Notes under the pieces: generated by a model
The model's database searches: none
Seen by the model: only the letters and a program-made list of their open reading frames with translations
What the model was told of the DNA's origin: nothing
Source: Edaphobacter aggregans
GTDB lineage: Bacteria; Acidobacteriota; Terriglobia; Terriglobales; Acidobacteriaceae
Assembly: GCF_003945235.1 (NCBI RefSeq)
Contig: NZ_RSDW01000001.1
Location: forward strand, 4,350,001-4,382,000
Direction of reading: 5' to 3'
DNA length: 32,000 nt
Made by a program: the position numbers and the translations under genes
Shown here: piece after piece, positions 1 to 9,744 of the stretch
Position numbering within the stretch: the stretch's first letter is position 1
How the letters are laid out: each line of letters begins with the position of its first letter

Positions 1-445
1 CAATGCTCTGCCGCTGAAGAACATTCCGGTAGGTACGATCGTGCACAACATTGAGTTGCGTCCTGGTAAGGGTGCACAGATGGCGCGTTCGGCCGGAGCT
101 CAGGTCAACCTAGTTGCCAAGGAAGGCGATTACGCTCTTCTGAAGCTGCCTTCCGGTGAGACCCGCAAGGTTCTCATCGAGTGCATGGCGACCATCGGCC
201 AGGTCGGTAACACGGACCACGAGAATGTCACGATCGGTAAGGCAGGACGCAACCGCTGGAAGGGTATTCGCCCCTCCAACCGTGGTGTCTCGATGAACCC
301 TGTCGACCACCCGCACGGTGGTGGTGAAGGTAAGACCTCGGGCGGCCGTCACCCCGTAACACCCTGGGGCCAGCCGACTCGCGGATACAAGACCCGCAAC
401 AACAAGCGGACCGATGTGTTCATCGTCAACCGCCGCAGCAAGTAG
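1..445 (+). CDS. rplB: 50S ribosomal protein uL2, C-terminal part (5' end outside window)
   Basis: Open in frame 2 from the window edge ([26 protein letters not shown]...). Contains the HPHGGGEG motif. Stop at 443-445. Followed by rpsS as in the S10 operon. Confidence 0.95.
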   Translation, partial: NALPLKNIPVGTIVHNIELRPGKGAQMARSAGAQVNLVAKEGDYALLKLPSGETRKVLIECMATIGQVGNTDHENVTIGKAGRNRWKGIRPSNRGVSMNPVDHPHGGGEGKTSGGRHPVTPWGQPTRGYKTRNNKRTDVFIVNRRSK

Positions 446-530
446 TTTGGTTCTCTCTGGAAACACCAAGTCTCGCAGCTAAGAGATTCGTTGTATACAG
501 CATCGCAACAAGAAATCGGAGCTCAGCAAA

Positions 531-818
531 ATGGCACGTTCAACTAAAAAAGGTCCCTTCATCGACGATCACCTGATGACCAAGATCAACGTGATGAACC
601 AGACCAACGACAAGAAGGTCCTTCGCACCTGGTCACGCCGCTCGACTATCCACCCGGACTTCGTCGGCCACACCATTGCGGTCCACAACGGCCGCAAGTT
701 CATCCCGGTCTACGTGACGGAGAACATGGTGGGTCACAAACTCGGCGAGTTCGCGGCAACCCGGACCTTCAAGGGCCACTCCGCCAAGGCTGCTGAGTCT
801 TCCGCGAAGCCGAAATAA
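531..818 (+). CDS. rpsS: 30S ribosomal protein uS19
   Basis: 95 aa, [15 protein letters not shown]...[23 protein letters not shown]. Canonical position after rplB. Confidence 0.97.
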   Translation: MARSTKKGPFIDDHLMTKINVMNQTNDKKVLRTWSRRSTIHPDFVGHTIAVHNGRKFIPVYVTENMVGHKLGEFAATRTFKGHSAKAAESSAKPK

Positions 819-880
819 GGCCAAGTACGAGGAAGCTCGATTAATTTTTCGTTTTTTTGCCCTTCAAGGAAGAAGAAGTC

Positions 881-1408
881 ATGGCTAAGGTAGCAGCAGA
901 AAAAATCAAAGAGTTCCGCGCTGAGGCGAAGTTCCAGCGCACCAGCCCGCAGAAGGCGAAGCTCGTCCTCGACCTGATCAAGGGCCTCCGCGTGGAGCAG
1001 GCGATCAATACCGTCCACTTCAGCACGAAGCGCATTGCGCCGGTGGTCGAGAAGGTGTTGCGTTCGGCGATCCAGAACGCCAACTACGTCTCGCAGGAGC
1101 AGGGCTTGGACGTGGACGTCGATAACCTCTACGTCAAGACCGCGGTTGCCAACGAAGGCCCCCGCATGAAGCGGATCCGGCCTGCCCCGATGGGACGCGC
1201 CTTCCGCTACCAGCGCAGGCTCGCACACATCATCGTTACGGTTGCCGAGAAGAAGCCGGCTACGTCGGCAAGGGCAGTCGTTGAAGAGACGCCGGCACCG
1301 GCAGCGAAGAAGACCACGAAGAAGGCAGCTACCAAGACCGCGGCTAAGAAGCCCGCAGTCAAGAGGGCCGCCGCAAAGAAGACAGCAACTAAGAAAGCCG
1401 CGAAGTAA
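881..1408 (+). CDS. rplV: 50S ribosomal protein uL22 with Lys/Ala-rich C-terminal tail
   Basis: The track ORF starts at 857. ATG 881 (MAKVAAEKIKEFRAEAKFQRTSPQKA) sits behind an AAGGAAG Shine-Dalgarno-like run. The uL22 core is followed by a roughly 53-aa AKKT-repeat tail. Confidence 0.92.
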   Translation: MAKVAAEKIKEFRAEAKFQRTSPQKAKLVLDLIKGLRVEQAINTVHFSTKRIAPVVEKVLRSAIQNANYVSQEQGLDVDVDNLYVKTAVANEGPRMKRIRPAPMGRAFRYQRRLAHIIVTVAEKKPATSARAVVEETPAPAAKKTTKKAATKTAAKKPAVKRAAAKKTATKKAAK

Positions 1409-1499
1409 GCACTTTCACGGGTCTGTTTTTAGTAAAATAAAAGTTTTGCATGACCGCCCGCCGGCTCAACCGGCACAGGGCACGGAGTAAAGGGAAGCT

Positions 1500-2174
1500 A
1501 TGGGACAGAAAGTCCATCCGTATGGGTTTCGCCTCGGCATCAACAAGCCGTGGAAGTCGCGTTGGTTTGTCGAGCGCGGCTATGACAAGCTGCTGGTCGA
1601 AGACGTCAAGCTGAAAGCTGAGCTGCGCGAGAAGCTGAAGGCTGCTGGTGTCAGCTCGGTTGAAGTCGAGCGTCCTGGCAACAAGCTGCGCCTGATCATC
1701 CGCACTGCGCGTCCGGGCATCATCATCGGCCGCAAGGGCGCCGAGATCGACAAGCTCAAGGCCGACATTCAGAAGCGCACGAGTCGCGAAGTGTTCATCG
1801 ATATTCTCGAAGTCAACAAGCCCGAGCTTGATGCTCAGCTGGTCGCCGAGAACATCGCACTGCAGCTCGAGAAGCGCGTCAGCTTCCGCCGCGCCATGCG
1901 CAAGTCGGTTGACTCGGCTCTCCGGTTCGGCTGCAAGGGCATCAAAGTTCGCGTCTCCGGCCGTTTGAACGGCAATGAGATCGCGCGCTCGGAGTGGTAC
2001 CTCCAGGGCCGTCTGCCGCTGCACACGCTGCGGGCTGACATCGACTACGGTTTCGCCGAGGCGCACACCACCTACGGCATCATCGGCGTCAAGACCTGGG
2101 TCTATCGTGGCGACATCTACGAGCAGAAGAAGCGTCGCGATCAAGGCGTCACCGCGGGCGCGTTCACGTCGTAA
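1500..2174 (+). CDS. rpsC: 30S ribosomal protein uS3
   Basis: 224 aa, [23 protein letters not shown]..., KH-domain GRKGAEI. Conserved operon position. Confidence 0.97.
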   Translation: MGQKVHPYGFRLGINKPWKSRWFVERGYDKLLVEDVKLKAELREKLKAAGVSSVEVERPGNKLRLIIRTARPGIIIGRKGAEIDKLKADIQKRTSREVFIDILEVNKPELDAQLVAENIALQLEKRVSFRRAMRKSVDSALRFGCKGIKVRVSGRLNGNEIARSEWYLQGRLPLHTLRADIDYGFAEAHTTYGIIGVKTWVYRGDIYEQKKRRDQGVTAGAFTS

Positions 2175-2285
2175 TTACAGCCGTTGACTATTTGCTTTAG
2201 TCGGATGGTTGGGACAGAAAAGATTTGATTCAGCTAGATCTGGCGAAGAGCTGGAAGCTAGCAGCTAATAGCTAGGGGTTTCGTT

Positions 2286-2720
2286 ATGTTGATGCCAAAG
2301 AAGGTCAAGTATCGCAAGCAGCAGCGCGGCCGCATGTGCGGCAAGGCGTGGCGCGGCTCCGATCTCTCGTTCGGCGACTACGGGCTGAAGGTCATGGAGT
2401 GCGGGTATATCACTGACCGCCAGATCGAGGCAAGCCGTATCGCGATGACGCGTTTCATCAAGCGCGGCGGCAAGGTATGGCTGCGTTTGTTCCCGGACAA
2501 GCCGATCACGAAGAAGCCGGCCGAAACCCGTATGGGTAAGGGTAAAGGCGCTCCGGATCACTGGGTCTGCGTTGTTCGTCCGGGCAGGATTCTGTTCGAG
2601 ATGGAAGGCGTCAACCCGGAGATCGCCAAAGAGGCGATGCGTTTGGCGGCTCACAAGCTTCCGCTGAAGACCAGCTTCGTCCAGCGCCACGACGTCAAAG
2701 CGACCGTCGCTGCCAAGTAA
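2286..2720 (+). CDS. rplP: 50S ribosomal protein uL16
   Basis: 144 aa, [17 protein letters not shown]... typical uL16 N-terminus. Confidence 0.97.
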   Translation: MLMPKKVKYRKQQRGRMCGKAWRGSDLSFGDYGLKVMECGYITDRQIEASRIAMTRFIKRGGKVWLRLFPDKPITKKPAETRMGKGKGAPDHWVCVVRPGRILFEMEGVNPEIAKEAMRLAAHKLPLKTSFVQRHDVKATVAAK

Positions 2721-2743
2721 CTTTAGGTTTGAAGGAAAAGACA

Positions 2744-3019
2744 ATGGAATTCGAAAAGATTCGCAACCTCAGTGACGAAGAGCTCAAGAGCGAGCAGACA
2801 AAAGCTGCCGAGCAGCTCTTCCGCATCCGCTTCCAGAAGAGCCTCGGCAACAACGAGGGCATCAAGAAGCTGCGGACGCTCAAGCTCGACGTCGCACGCA
2901 TCAAGACCGTGGCCCGCCAGCGCGAGCTCGACGCCCACAAGGCAGCAAACCCGGTGGTAGCGAACGCCGCACCGGCCAAGAGCACGCGCACCGCCCGCAA
3001 GAAAGCGAAGAAGGACTAA
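2744..3019 (+). CDS. rpmC: 50S ribosomal protein uL29 (with C-terminal extension)
   Basis: The track ORF uses TTG 2729. ATG 2744 ([18 protein letters not shown]...) follows GAAGGAAAAG. The protein is about 91 aa, longer than usual because of an Ala/Lys-rich end. Confidence 0.9.
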   Translation: MEFEKIRNLSDEELKSEQTKAAEQLFRIRFQKSLGNNEGIKKLRTLKLDVARIKTVARQRELDAHKAANPVVANAAPAKSTRTARKKAKKD

Positions 3020-3021
3020 TC

Positions 3022-3360
3022 ATGGCAGATACAACGAACACCACCGCCGCGACCTCCGCCGAGACCACCTCACGCCGCAACGAGAAGGTTGGCCTCGTCG
3101 TCTCGACCAAGATGCAGAAGACCATCGTTGTCGAGATTGAGATGCGCAAGGCTCACCCCAAGTACAAGCGCGTGATGAAGTCGAACAAGAAGTTCTACGC
3201 GCACGACGAGCAGAACTCGGCCCGCGTGGGCGACGTTGTTCGCATCCGCGAGGCTCGTCCTCTGTCGAAATTGAAGCGCTGGTCGCTTGAGGAGATCGTC
3301 CGTCGTTCTTCGCTGGCGCAGCTTGCCGATGAGAAGACGTCGGCCACCGAAGGCAAGTAG
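3022..3360 (+). CDS. rpsQ: 30S ribosomal protein uS17
   Basis: ATG lies 2 nt after the rpmC stop. Core [28 protein letters not shown]. Has N- and C-terminal extensions. Confidence 0.93.
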   Translation: MADTTNTTAATSAETTSRRNEKVGLVVSTKMQKTIVVEIEMRKAHPKYKRVMKSNKKFYAHDEQNSARVGDVVRIREARPLSKLKRWSLEEIVRRSSLAQLADEKTSATEGK

Positions 3361-3449
3361 CCAGGTGGAGTCGCAGGGCTTGGGCCTTGCGAGACGAATG
3401 AGATTTGAAACGGGGCTTTGGCCCTGCCGCTGCACCCAGGAGACGAACG

Positions 3450-3821
3450 ATGTCAGTACAAATGAGAACAATCCTTGACGTGGCCGATAACTCCGGCGCG
3501 CGCAAGCTGCAGGTGATCCTGCCCCTCGGTGGCGGTCTCGGCAAAAAGGCCAGCCTCGGTGACGTGGTTACGGCTGCTGTCAAAGAAGCCTCGCCCGATG
3601 GAACCGTGAAGAAGGGTAAGGTCGTGAAGGCGGTGATCGTCCGCACGCGCAAGGAGAGCCGCCGCAAGGATGGCACCTACATCCGCTTCGACCAGAACGC
3701 CGCTGTCGTGATCAACGATGCGATGGAGCCGGTCGGAACCCGCGTGTTTGGTCCGGTTGCCCGTGAGCTTCGTGAGAAGAAGTTTTTGAAGATCGTCTCG
3801 CTCGCACCCGAAGTTATTTAG
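3450..3821 (+). CDS. rplN: 50S ribosomal protein uL14
   Basis: The track ORF starts at 3405. ATG 3450 ([19 protein letters not shown]) is preceded by AGGAGA at 3439-3444, giving a canonical-length uL14 of about 123 aa. Confidence 0.95.
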   Translation: MSVQMRTILDVADNSGARKLQVILPLGGGLGKKASLGDVVTAAVKEASPDGTVKKGKVVKAVIVRTRKESRRKDGTYIRFDQNAAVVINDAMEPVGTRVFGPVARELREKKFLKIVSLAPEVI

Positions 3822-3900
3822 TTTTCTCTGCCGCGCTTCGGTGCGGTGGACTCAAGCGGATTCCGGCTCCGACAGATTGCTGAGGCAGGAGAGGTTATTT

Positions 3901-4230
3901 ATGGCAGGCATCAAGATTAAGCGTAACGATACGGTCGAAGTCATTGCAGGTAAAGACAAGGGCAAGCGCGGCCGCGTTCTTCGCGTTATTGCCGAGAAGG
4001 ATCGTGTGCTGGTTGAACATGTGATGATGATCAAGAAGCACGTGAAGCCCAACCCGCAACGCAATATCAAGGGCGGCATTGCTGAGCAGGAGTCGCCGAT
4101 TCACATTTCGAACGTCATGCTAGTCGACGCTGAGGGCAACAAGACCCGCGTCGGAGCTCGGTTCGAAGGTGACAAGAAGGTTCGTTTCTCGAAGGCTAGC
4201 GGCAACGCCCTTCCTGAGAAGAAGAAGTAA
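3901..4230 (+). CDS. rplX: 50S ribosomal protein uL24
   Basis: The track ORF starts at 3841. ATG 3901 (MAGIKIKRNDTVEVIAGKDKGKRG) is preceded by AGGAGAGG. KOW motif present. Confidence 0.93.
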   Translation: MAGIKIKRNDTVEVIAGKDKGKRGRVLRVIAEKDRVLVEHVMMIKKHVKPNPQRNIKGGIAEQESPIHISNVMLVDAEGNKTRVGARFEGDKKVRFSKASGNALPEKKK

Positions 4231-4320
4231 GCAGTCTAACCTTGTAACAACGGTTCACCCCACGTATCGGTACACGGGATTAACCCAATCCGGAAATCGT
4301 GGAGAAAGAGAAGAAATATC

Positions 4321-4869
4321 ATGGCAGCACGTTTGAAAGAGAAGTACGAAAAAGAGATCAAGCAGGCGCTGGGTAAGGAACTGAACATCACCAACGCCAT
4401 GGCGATTCCCAAGATCGAGAAGATCGTGGTGAACATGGGTCTTGGCGAAGCCACCCAGAACGTTAAGATCATGGATCCTCTGGTTGCTGATCTCGCTTCG
4501 ATCACCGGCCAGAAGCCTGTGACGACCAAGGCCAAGAAGTCCATCGCTGCCTTCAAGGTGCGCGAGGGGATGCCCATCGGCGCGATGGTTACGCTGCGTG
4601 GCGACACGATGTACGAGTTCCTGGATCGCCTGATCTCGATCGCGCTGCCTCGCGTACGCGACTTCCGTGGCGTTTCTTCGAAGAGCTTCGATGGTCGCGG
4701 CAATTACACCCTGGGTCTGCGTGACCAGCTTATCTTCGCCGAAATTGATTATGCGAAGGTCGACAAGCTCAAGGGTATGAACGTCACCATCGTGACGACC
4801 GCGAAGGATGACAATGGAGCGCGCGCTCTGCTGAAGAGCTTTGGAATGCCCTTCCGCGTCGGAGCCTAA
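4321..4869 (+). CDS. rplE: 50S ribosomal protein uL5
   Basis: 182 aa, [13 protein letters not shown]...VVNMGLGEA... Confidence 0.97.
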   Translation: MAARLKEKYEKEIKQALGKELNITNAMAIPKIEKIVVNMGLGEATQNVKIMDPLVADLASITGQKPVTTKAKKSIAAFKVREGMPIGAMVTLRGDTMYEFLDRLISIALPRVRDFRGVSSKSFDGRGNYTLGLRDQLIFAEIDYAKVDKLKGMNVTIVTTAKDDNGARALLKSFGMPFRVGA

Positions 4870-4929
4870 CCAAGTCGGGCCAAGGTGGCCCTGAACCCAA
4901 GTTTGCAGTAAGGATAGAGAGCACAAAAT

Positions 4930-5115
4930 ATGGCAACGACCGCAAAACGCGTTAAAGATGCAAAGAAGCCGAAGTTCAAGTCCCGCCAGCACAACCGCTG
5001 CCAGCTCTGCGGTCGTCCTCGCGCGTTCCTGCGCAAGTTCGGCGTCTGCCGTCTCTGCTTCCGCTCACTCGCCCTCAAGGGAGAAATTCCGGGTGTTGTG
5101 AAGTCGAGCTGGTAG
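4930..5115 (+). CDS. rpsN: 30S ribosomal protein uS14, short zinc-ribbon (type Z) form
   Basis: 61 aa with [22 protein letters not shown] (CxxC...CxxC). Positioned between rplE and rpsH. Confidence 0.95.
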   Translation: MATTAKRVKDAKKPKFKSRQHNRCQLCGRPRAFLRKFGVCRLCFRSLALKGEIPGVVKSSW

Positions 5116-5280
5116 AATAGAACTACTACCTGCGTACGGCATTGGGCCGCACGTGCCTTCCAGAGACCTCATTCAAGCCAAGGCTTAGGATGCTGAAGTC
5201 TGGGAGCTTTACCGTAATAAACATTCCTGCTGGTTCTCGCGAGAGATGCTTGTGAGCGAACGGGGGATGAAGGAGAACGA

Positions 5281-5679
5281 ATGAACCTCACCGATCCAGT
5301 AGCAGATTTTTTGACCCGCATCCGTAACTCTATCCGTGCGCGTCACCAGAAGCTCGACGTCCCTGCCTCGAAGCTCAAGAGCGAGATTGCCCGCATCCTC
5401 AAGGAAGAGGGCTACATCGCCAACTACAAGCCAACCGAGGAGAATGGCCAGAAGGTCATCCGCGTGTATCTCAAGTACGGCCCGAACAACGAGGCTGTCA
5501 TTCGTGACCTGCAGCGCGTATCGCGTCCGGGTTGCCGTGTATACCTTGGCCGCGATGAGATTCGTCGCGTTCAGGGTGGTCTCGGTATCTCGATCATGAC
5601 CACCCCCAAGGGCGTCATGACCGGTCGTCAGGCTCGTCGCGAAGGTGTCGGCGGCGAGATCCTCTGCGAAGTCTGGTAA
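5281..5679 (+). CDS. rpsH: 30S ribosomal protein uS8
   Basis: 132 aa, MNLTDPVADFLTRIRNS...GGEILCEVW. Confidence 0.97.
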   Translation: MNLTDPVADFLTRIRNSIRARHQKLDVPASKLKSEIARILKEEGYIANYKPTEENGQKVIRVYLKYGPNNEAVIRDLQRVSRPGCRVYLGRDEIRRVQGGLGISIMTTPKGVMTGRQARREGVGGEILCEVW

Positions 5680-5686
5680 CTCTCTA

Positions 5687-5719
5687 CTGAGGTCGGCGGC
5701 GTTTGTCGCTGACCCTCAG
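5687..5719 (+). other. Strong bulged stem-loop 8 nt after the rpsH stop
   Basis: CTGAGGTCGGCG-GCGTTTGT-CGCTGA(C)CCTCAG: 12 bp including one G.U pair and one bulged C. No T-tract follows. Confidence 0.6.
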
Positions 5720-5831
5720 CCTCGATTCAAGCATCAAACGGCGATACCGCCGCGGGCTGCAGTGGAACGAATCAGTCTGACTCAAAGATCATTCTGCTTT
5801 CGGGACTCGCAAGCCACTTAAGGAATTAGTT

Positions 5832-6371
5832 ATGTCACGTATCGGCAAGAAGCCAATCCCCGTGCCCGCCGGTGTCAAGTACACCGTCAATGGCAACACC
5901 GTGCTCGTCGAAGGCCCCAAGGGCAAGGTCACCGCTCTTCTTCCGGGTGGCATTACGCTCGTCCAGAAGGACGGAGCCATCGTCGCTGAGCGCGAGAACG
6001 ACAAGCAGGCCGCATTTCATGGTCTCGCCCGCGCATTGGTTTTCAATGCTGTTCAAGGCGTTACTACCGGCTGGACGAAGGAACTGGATGTTGTCGGTAT
6101 CGGTTACCGCGTTGAGATGAAGGGCAAGAACACTGTCGTCTTCACGCTCGGCTACTCGCACCCGATTGAGTTCCCGCTTCCTACCGGCATCGAAGTCGCC
6201 ATTGACCCGAAACAGACTCACGTTACCATCTCCGGTATTGACCGGCAGAAGGTGGGCCAGGTTGCTGCCGATATGCGCTCGCTTCGCAAGCCGGATCCCT
6301 ACAAGAACAAGGGCGTCCGCTACACAGGCGAGAAGCTGAAGAAGAAGGTCGGAAAGACCGGAGCTAAGTAA
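5832..6371 (+). CDS. rplF: 50S ribosomal protein uL6
   Basis: 179 aa, [24 protein letters not shown]... Confidence 0.97.
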   Translation: MSRIGKKPIPVPAGVKYTVNGNTVLVEGPKGKVTALLPGGITLVQKDGAIVAERENDKQAAFHGLARALVFNAVQGVTTGWTKELDVVGIGYRVEMKGKNTVVFTLGYSHPIEFPLPTGIEVAIDPKQTHVTISGIDRQKVGQVAADMRSLRKPDPYKNKGVRYTGEKLKKKVGKTGAK

Positions 6372-6379
6372 AGTTTGGT

Positions 6380-6445
6380 GACCAGAGGTTAGGCGCCGGA
6401 AACCGGATAAAATAAGAAGGTTGTCTGGTTACCTCACCTCTGGTC
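6380..6445 (+). promoter_or_regulatory. Long-range 10-bp perfect stem in the rplF-rplR spacer
   Basis: GACCAGAGGT (6380-6389) is the exact reverse complement of ACCTCTGGTC (6436-6445). The enclosed 46 nt contain CCGG-AAA-CCGG (6396-6406) and a second TCTGGT (6425-6430) that could pair alternatively with ACCAGA. Confidence 0.5.
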
Positions 6446-6514
6446 CCTGTTCCCTGCAGTATCAACCGAACGTCGTCAGCACTCTGGCGCCGCCACTAGG
6501 AAGGAAAGCGAATT

Positions 6515-6880
6515 ATGATCAGTCCTCGTCAACGCAACGTTATCCGCAAGCGCGTCCACACGCGTATCCGCGAGAAGATGTCCGGTACTGCCGAGCGTCC
6601 ACGCCTCAACGTCTACCGCTCGCTCAACCACATCTACACTCAGCTCATCGACGACCTCAACGGAGTCACCATTGCCTCTGCGTCCTCGCTGGGTAAGAAG
6701 GGTGAAGACAAGAACTACGGCGGCAACGTTGCTGCTGCAGCCGAAGTCGGCAAGCTCATTGCGCAGCGCGCACAGGAGAAGGGCATCAAGAAGATCGTGT
6801 TCGACCGTGGCGGCTACCTGTATCACGGCCGAATCAAGGCTCTCGCCGACGCAGCCCGCGAAGCTGGACTGGATTTCTAA
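6515..6880 (+). CDS. rplR: 50S ribosomal protein uL18
   Basis: 121 aa, ...[20 protein letters not shown]...[37 protein letters not shown] lies upstream. Confidence 0.95.
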   Translation: MISPRQRNVIRKRVHTRIREKMSGTAERPRLNVYRSLNHIYTQLIDDLNGVTIASASSLGKKGEDKNYGGNVAAAAEVGKLIAQRAQEKGIKKIVFDRGGYLYHGRIKALADAAREAGLDF

Positions 6881-6939
6881 GGACTTTCGAAGAACTTTGA
6901 GGCGCCCGGAGTGGCAGCCAGAAAGCTGGATAAGACATT

Positions 6940-7446
6940 ATGGCAATGAAGAAAAAGATCGACGCGAACCGGCTCAACCTGAAGGATCAGGTTGTCTCCA
7001 TCAACCGCGTCACAAAGGTCGTCAAGGGCGGTAAGAATATGTCCTTCGCCGCGCTGGTCGTTATCGGTGATCCGGCCGAGGGCGTCGTTGGCTACGGTTC
7101 GGGCAAGGCTAAGGAAGTTCCCCAGGCCATCCGCAAGGGCATCGAAGCCGCGAAGAAGAACCTCTTCAAAATCAATCTCACCCAGACCACCATTCCGCAC
7201 CAGGTGCTCGGCCATTACGGCGCAGGTCAAGTGATGCTGAAGCCGGCTCCTGAGGGTACCGGAGTCATCGCTGGCGGTACTGTCCGCGCGGTTATGACCT
7301 CGGCTGGCGTGCAGAACGTGCTGACCAAGTCGCTCGGCACCAAGAACCCGCACAACGTTATCAAGGCCACCTTCGATGCTCTCATCCAGCTTCGCAATAA
7401 GGCCGAAGTCGCCACCCTGCGTGGCAAAGCTGAAGAAGAACTGTAA
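6940..7446 (+). CDS. rpsE: 30S ribosomal protein uS5
   Basis: 168 aa, ...[27 protein letters not shown]... Confidence 0.96.
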   Translation: MAMKKKIDANRLNLKDQVVSINRVTKVVKGGKNMSFAALVVIGDPAEGVVGYGSGKAKEVPQAIRKGIEAAKKNLFKINLTQTTIPHQVLGHYGAGQVMLKPAPEGTGVIAGGTVRAVMTSAGVQNVLTKSLGTKNPHNVIKATFDALIQLRNKAEVATLRGKAEEEL

Positions 7447-7461
7447 GAGGAGCCCTTAGTC

Positions 7462-7650
7462 ATGGCCGAAACCAAAGCCAAAATCAAGCTGCAGTACTTC
7501 CGCTCCAAGATTGCCACGCCGGTCAAGCACAAGCTCGTCGTCAAGGGCTTGGGCTTCACCCGCCTGAACCAGATCGTTGAGCGCGAAGACACACCATCCA
7601 TCCGTGGCATGGTCGCAAAGATTCCCCACCTCGTCCGTATCGTCGAGTAA
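7462..7650 (+). CDS. rpmD: 50S ribosomal protein uL30
   Basis: 62 aa, MAETKAKIKLQYFRSKIATPVKHKLVVKGLGF... Confidence 0.93.
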   Translation: MAETKAKIKLQYFRSKIATPVKHKLVVKGLGFTRLNQIVEREDTPSIRGMVAKIPHLVRIVE

Positions 7651-7770
7651 GGATCCAGCTCCCAACTGATAAGGCTGGGAGTTAGACAAGTCACACCGCC
7701 GAGCAGAAGTGTCGGCCTAACTAAAAGCGAGTCGGGGGCATCTAGCCCCGGCGTTATAGCGAGGAAATAA

Positions 7771-8232
7771 ATGGCAATCCGTAATCTCTCTAATCTCCGC
7801 GCCCCCAAGAAGGCGAATGAAAACAAAAAGCGTGTCGGCCGTGGTATGGGTTCCGGCATGGGTAAGACCTCGACCCGTGGCCACAAGGGCCAGGGTTCGC
7901 GTTCCGGATCGAGCCTGATGCGCGGCTTCGAAGGCGGCCAGATGCCGCTGCACCGTCGTCTGCCGAAGCGTGGCTTCACCAATATCTTCCGCGTTGAGTA
8001 CACCGTACTTGGCCTCGACCGTATCGCCGAGATCAACGCTGCTTCCAGCGAGACCGAGTTTACGCTCGACAAGATCGTCTCTCTTGGGCTGCTGCGCAAG
8101 AAGAACGGGCTGATTAAGGTCCTGAACAACGGCGAGATCAATGCCGCTGTTACGGTTCACGCGCACAAGTTTTCCAAGACTGCGCAGGAAGCTATCGAGA
8201 AGGCCGGCGGCAAGGCCGTCCTGATCGGCTAA
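7771..8232 (+). CDS. rplO: 50S ribosomal protein uL15
   Basis: 153 aa, ...RVGRGMGSGMGKTSTRGHKGQGSRSG... Confidence 0.95.
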   Translation: MAIRNLSNLRAPKKANENKKRVGRGMGSGMGKTSTRGHKGQGSRSGSSLMRGFEGGQMPLHRRLPKRGFTNIFRVEYTVLGLDRIAEINAASSETEFTLDKIVSLGLLRKKNGLIKVLNNGEINAAVTVHAHKFSKTAQEAIEKAGGKAVLIG

Positions 8233-8260
8233 GTAGCGCGTCGTTGTAGAATCCAAGCAG

Positions 8261-8281
8261 GCGAGGGATACGCTCCCTCGC
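8261..8281 (+). other. GC-rich hairpin in the rplO-secY spacer
   Basis: GCGAGGGA-TACGC-TCCCTCGC: 8-bp perfect stem, 5-nt loop, no T-tract. Confidence 0.55.
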
Positions 8282-8331
8282 ATTGCCGTTTCACCCGAAC
8301 CACGTTTCACCTCTGAGGTCCAAGTCTCCCG

Positions 8332-9741
8332 ATGTTCGAGAAAATCGCAAACATCTTCAAAATCCCCGACCTCCGCAAGCGCGTACTCTTCACGCTTGGT
8401 ATGTTGGCCGTCTACCGTCTCGGATCGCACATCCCCACCCCTGGTATCAACGCCGACTTGCTGGCCCAGTTCTTCAATCAGAACTCCGGCTCGGCGCTCG
8501 GCCTGGTTGACCTCTTCTCCGGTGGCAACCTGCGCAAGCTCACGGTTTTTGCCCTCGGCATCATGCCGTACATCACGGCCTCCATCATCTTTCAGTTGCT
8601 CACGGTCATCTATGAGCCGCTTGCGAAGCTGCAGAAGGAAGGCGAACTTGGCCGCCGCAAGATAACTCAGTGGACCCGCTACGTCACGGTACTACTTGGT
8701 ATTGTGCAGTCGTTTGCTATCGCGCTTACGCTGACCAGCACCACCACCGGTGCGCCGATGGTCACAATCTCACGCGGAGCCTTCATTCCGCTATGCGTAC
8801 TTACGCTGACTGCAGGTACTGCTTTCATTATGTGGCTTGGTGAGCAGATCACCGAGCGCGGCATCGGCAATGGTATGTCGCTGCTTATCTTCACCGGCAT
8901 CGTCGTTGGCCTGCCCCGCGGTATCCAGGAACTTTACATCAAGGCCCGCGATAGCGCCTGGGGAGCCTTTACTCCGATCGCGATCCTGATCTTGATAGCA
9001 GGCATGATTGCCGTCGTGGCCTTCATCGTCTACGTCGAGCGTTCCGAGCGCCGCATCCCGGTGCAGTACGCCAAGCGTATTGTTGGGCGCCGCATGATGG
9101 GTGGGCAATCGACTCACCTGCCGCTCAAGGTTAACTCCGGCGGCGTGATGCCGATCATCTTTGCAAGCTCTATTCTGTCGGCTCCGCTGCTGTTCGCCAA
9201 CGCTACTATTTTTGGCTACTCGCTGCGTGACTCGGCCTTCTTTGGCCCCATCCTGCGCAACCTCGCTCCGGGTGAGCCTTGGTATGAGCTGCTCTCCATG
9301 GTGGCGATTGTCTTCTTCGCCTACTTCTATATCTCCATCGTCTTCCGTCCTGACGATATCGCTGACAACATGCGTAAGTATGGCGGCTTCATTCCTGGCA
9401 TCCGTCCGGGCAAACGCACTGCCAACTTCATCAACGATGTGCTCACCCGCATCACGCTTGTTGGCGCTCTGTACCTGATCATCATCTGGATCATTCCGAC
9501 GTTGCTGATCAGTGGTATTCACTTCAATCACATTGCGCTCATCGGCCCCATCTTCGACCGGTTCCCGAGTTGGGTCACCAACGGTCTCGGCGTCAACTTC
9601 TACTTCGGCGGCACGTCATTGCTGATTGTGGTCGGTGTCGCGATGGATACGGTGCAGCAGATCGAATCTCAGCTCGTCATGCGTCACTACGACGGCTTCT
9701 CTCCCAAGAGCGGCCGCATCCGTGGACGTAAGAGCTGGTAG
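8332..9741 (+). CDS. secY: Preprotein translocase subunit SecY
   Basis: 469 aa polytopic membrane protein, MFEKIANIFKIPDLRKRVLFTLGMLAVYRLGSHIPTPGI... Conserved position after rplO. Confidence 0.97.
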   Translation: MFEKIANIFKIPDLRKRVLFTLGMLAVYRLGSHIPTPGINADLLAQFFNQNSGSALGLVDLFSGGNLRKLTVFALGIMPYITASIIFQLLTVIYEPLAKLQKEGELGRRKITQWTRYVTVLLGIVQSFAIALTLTSTTTGAPMVTISRGAFIPLCVLTLTAGTAFIMWLGEQITERGIGNGMSLLIFTGIVVGLPRGIQELYIKARDSAWGAFTPIAILILIAGMIAVVAFIVYVERSERRIPVQYAKRIVGRRMMGGQSTHLPLKVNSGGVMPIIFASSILSAPLLFANATIFGYSLRDSAFFGPILRNLAPGEPWYELLSMVAIVFFAYFYISIVFRPDDIADNMRKYGGFIPGIRPGKRTANFINDVLTRITLVGALYLIIIWIIPTLLISGIHFNHIALIGPIFDRFPSWVTNGLGVNFYFGGTSLLIVVGVAMDTVQQIESQLVMRHYDGFSPKSGRIRGRKSW

Positions 9742-9744
9742 GAA

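Noticed and set aside
828-858. CGAG-GAAG-CTCG hairpin followed by a T-rich run (TTTTTCGTTTTTTT) between rpsS and rplV, considered as an internal terminator.
   Set aside because: The stem is only 4 bp, too weak to call. The U-rich tract is more simply an unstructured translation-initiation region for rplV.
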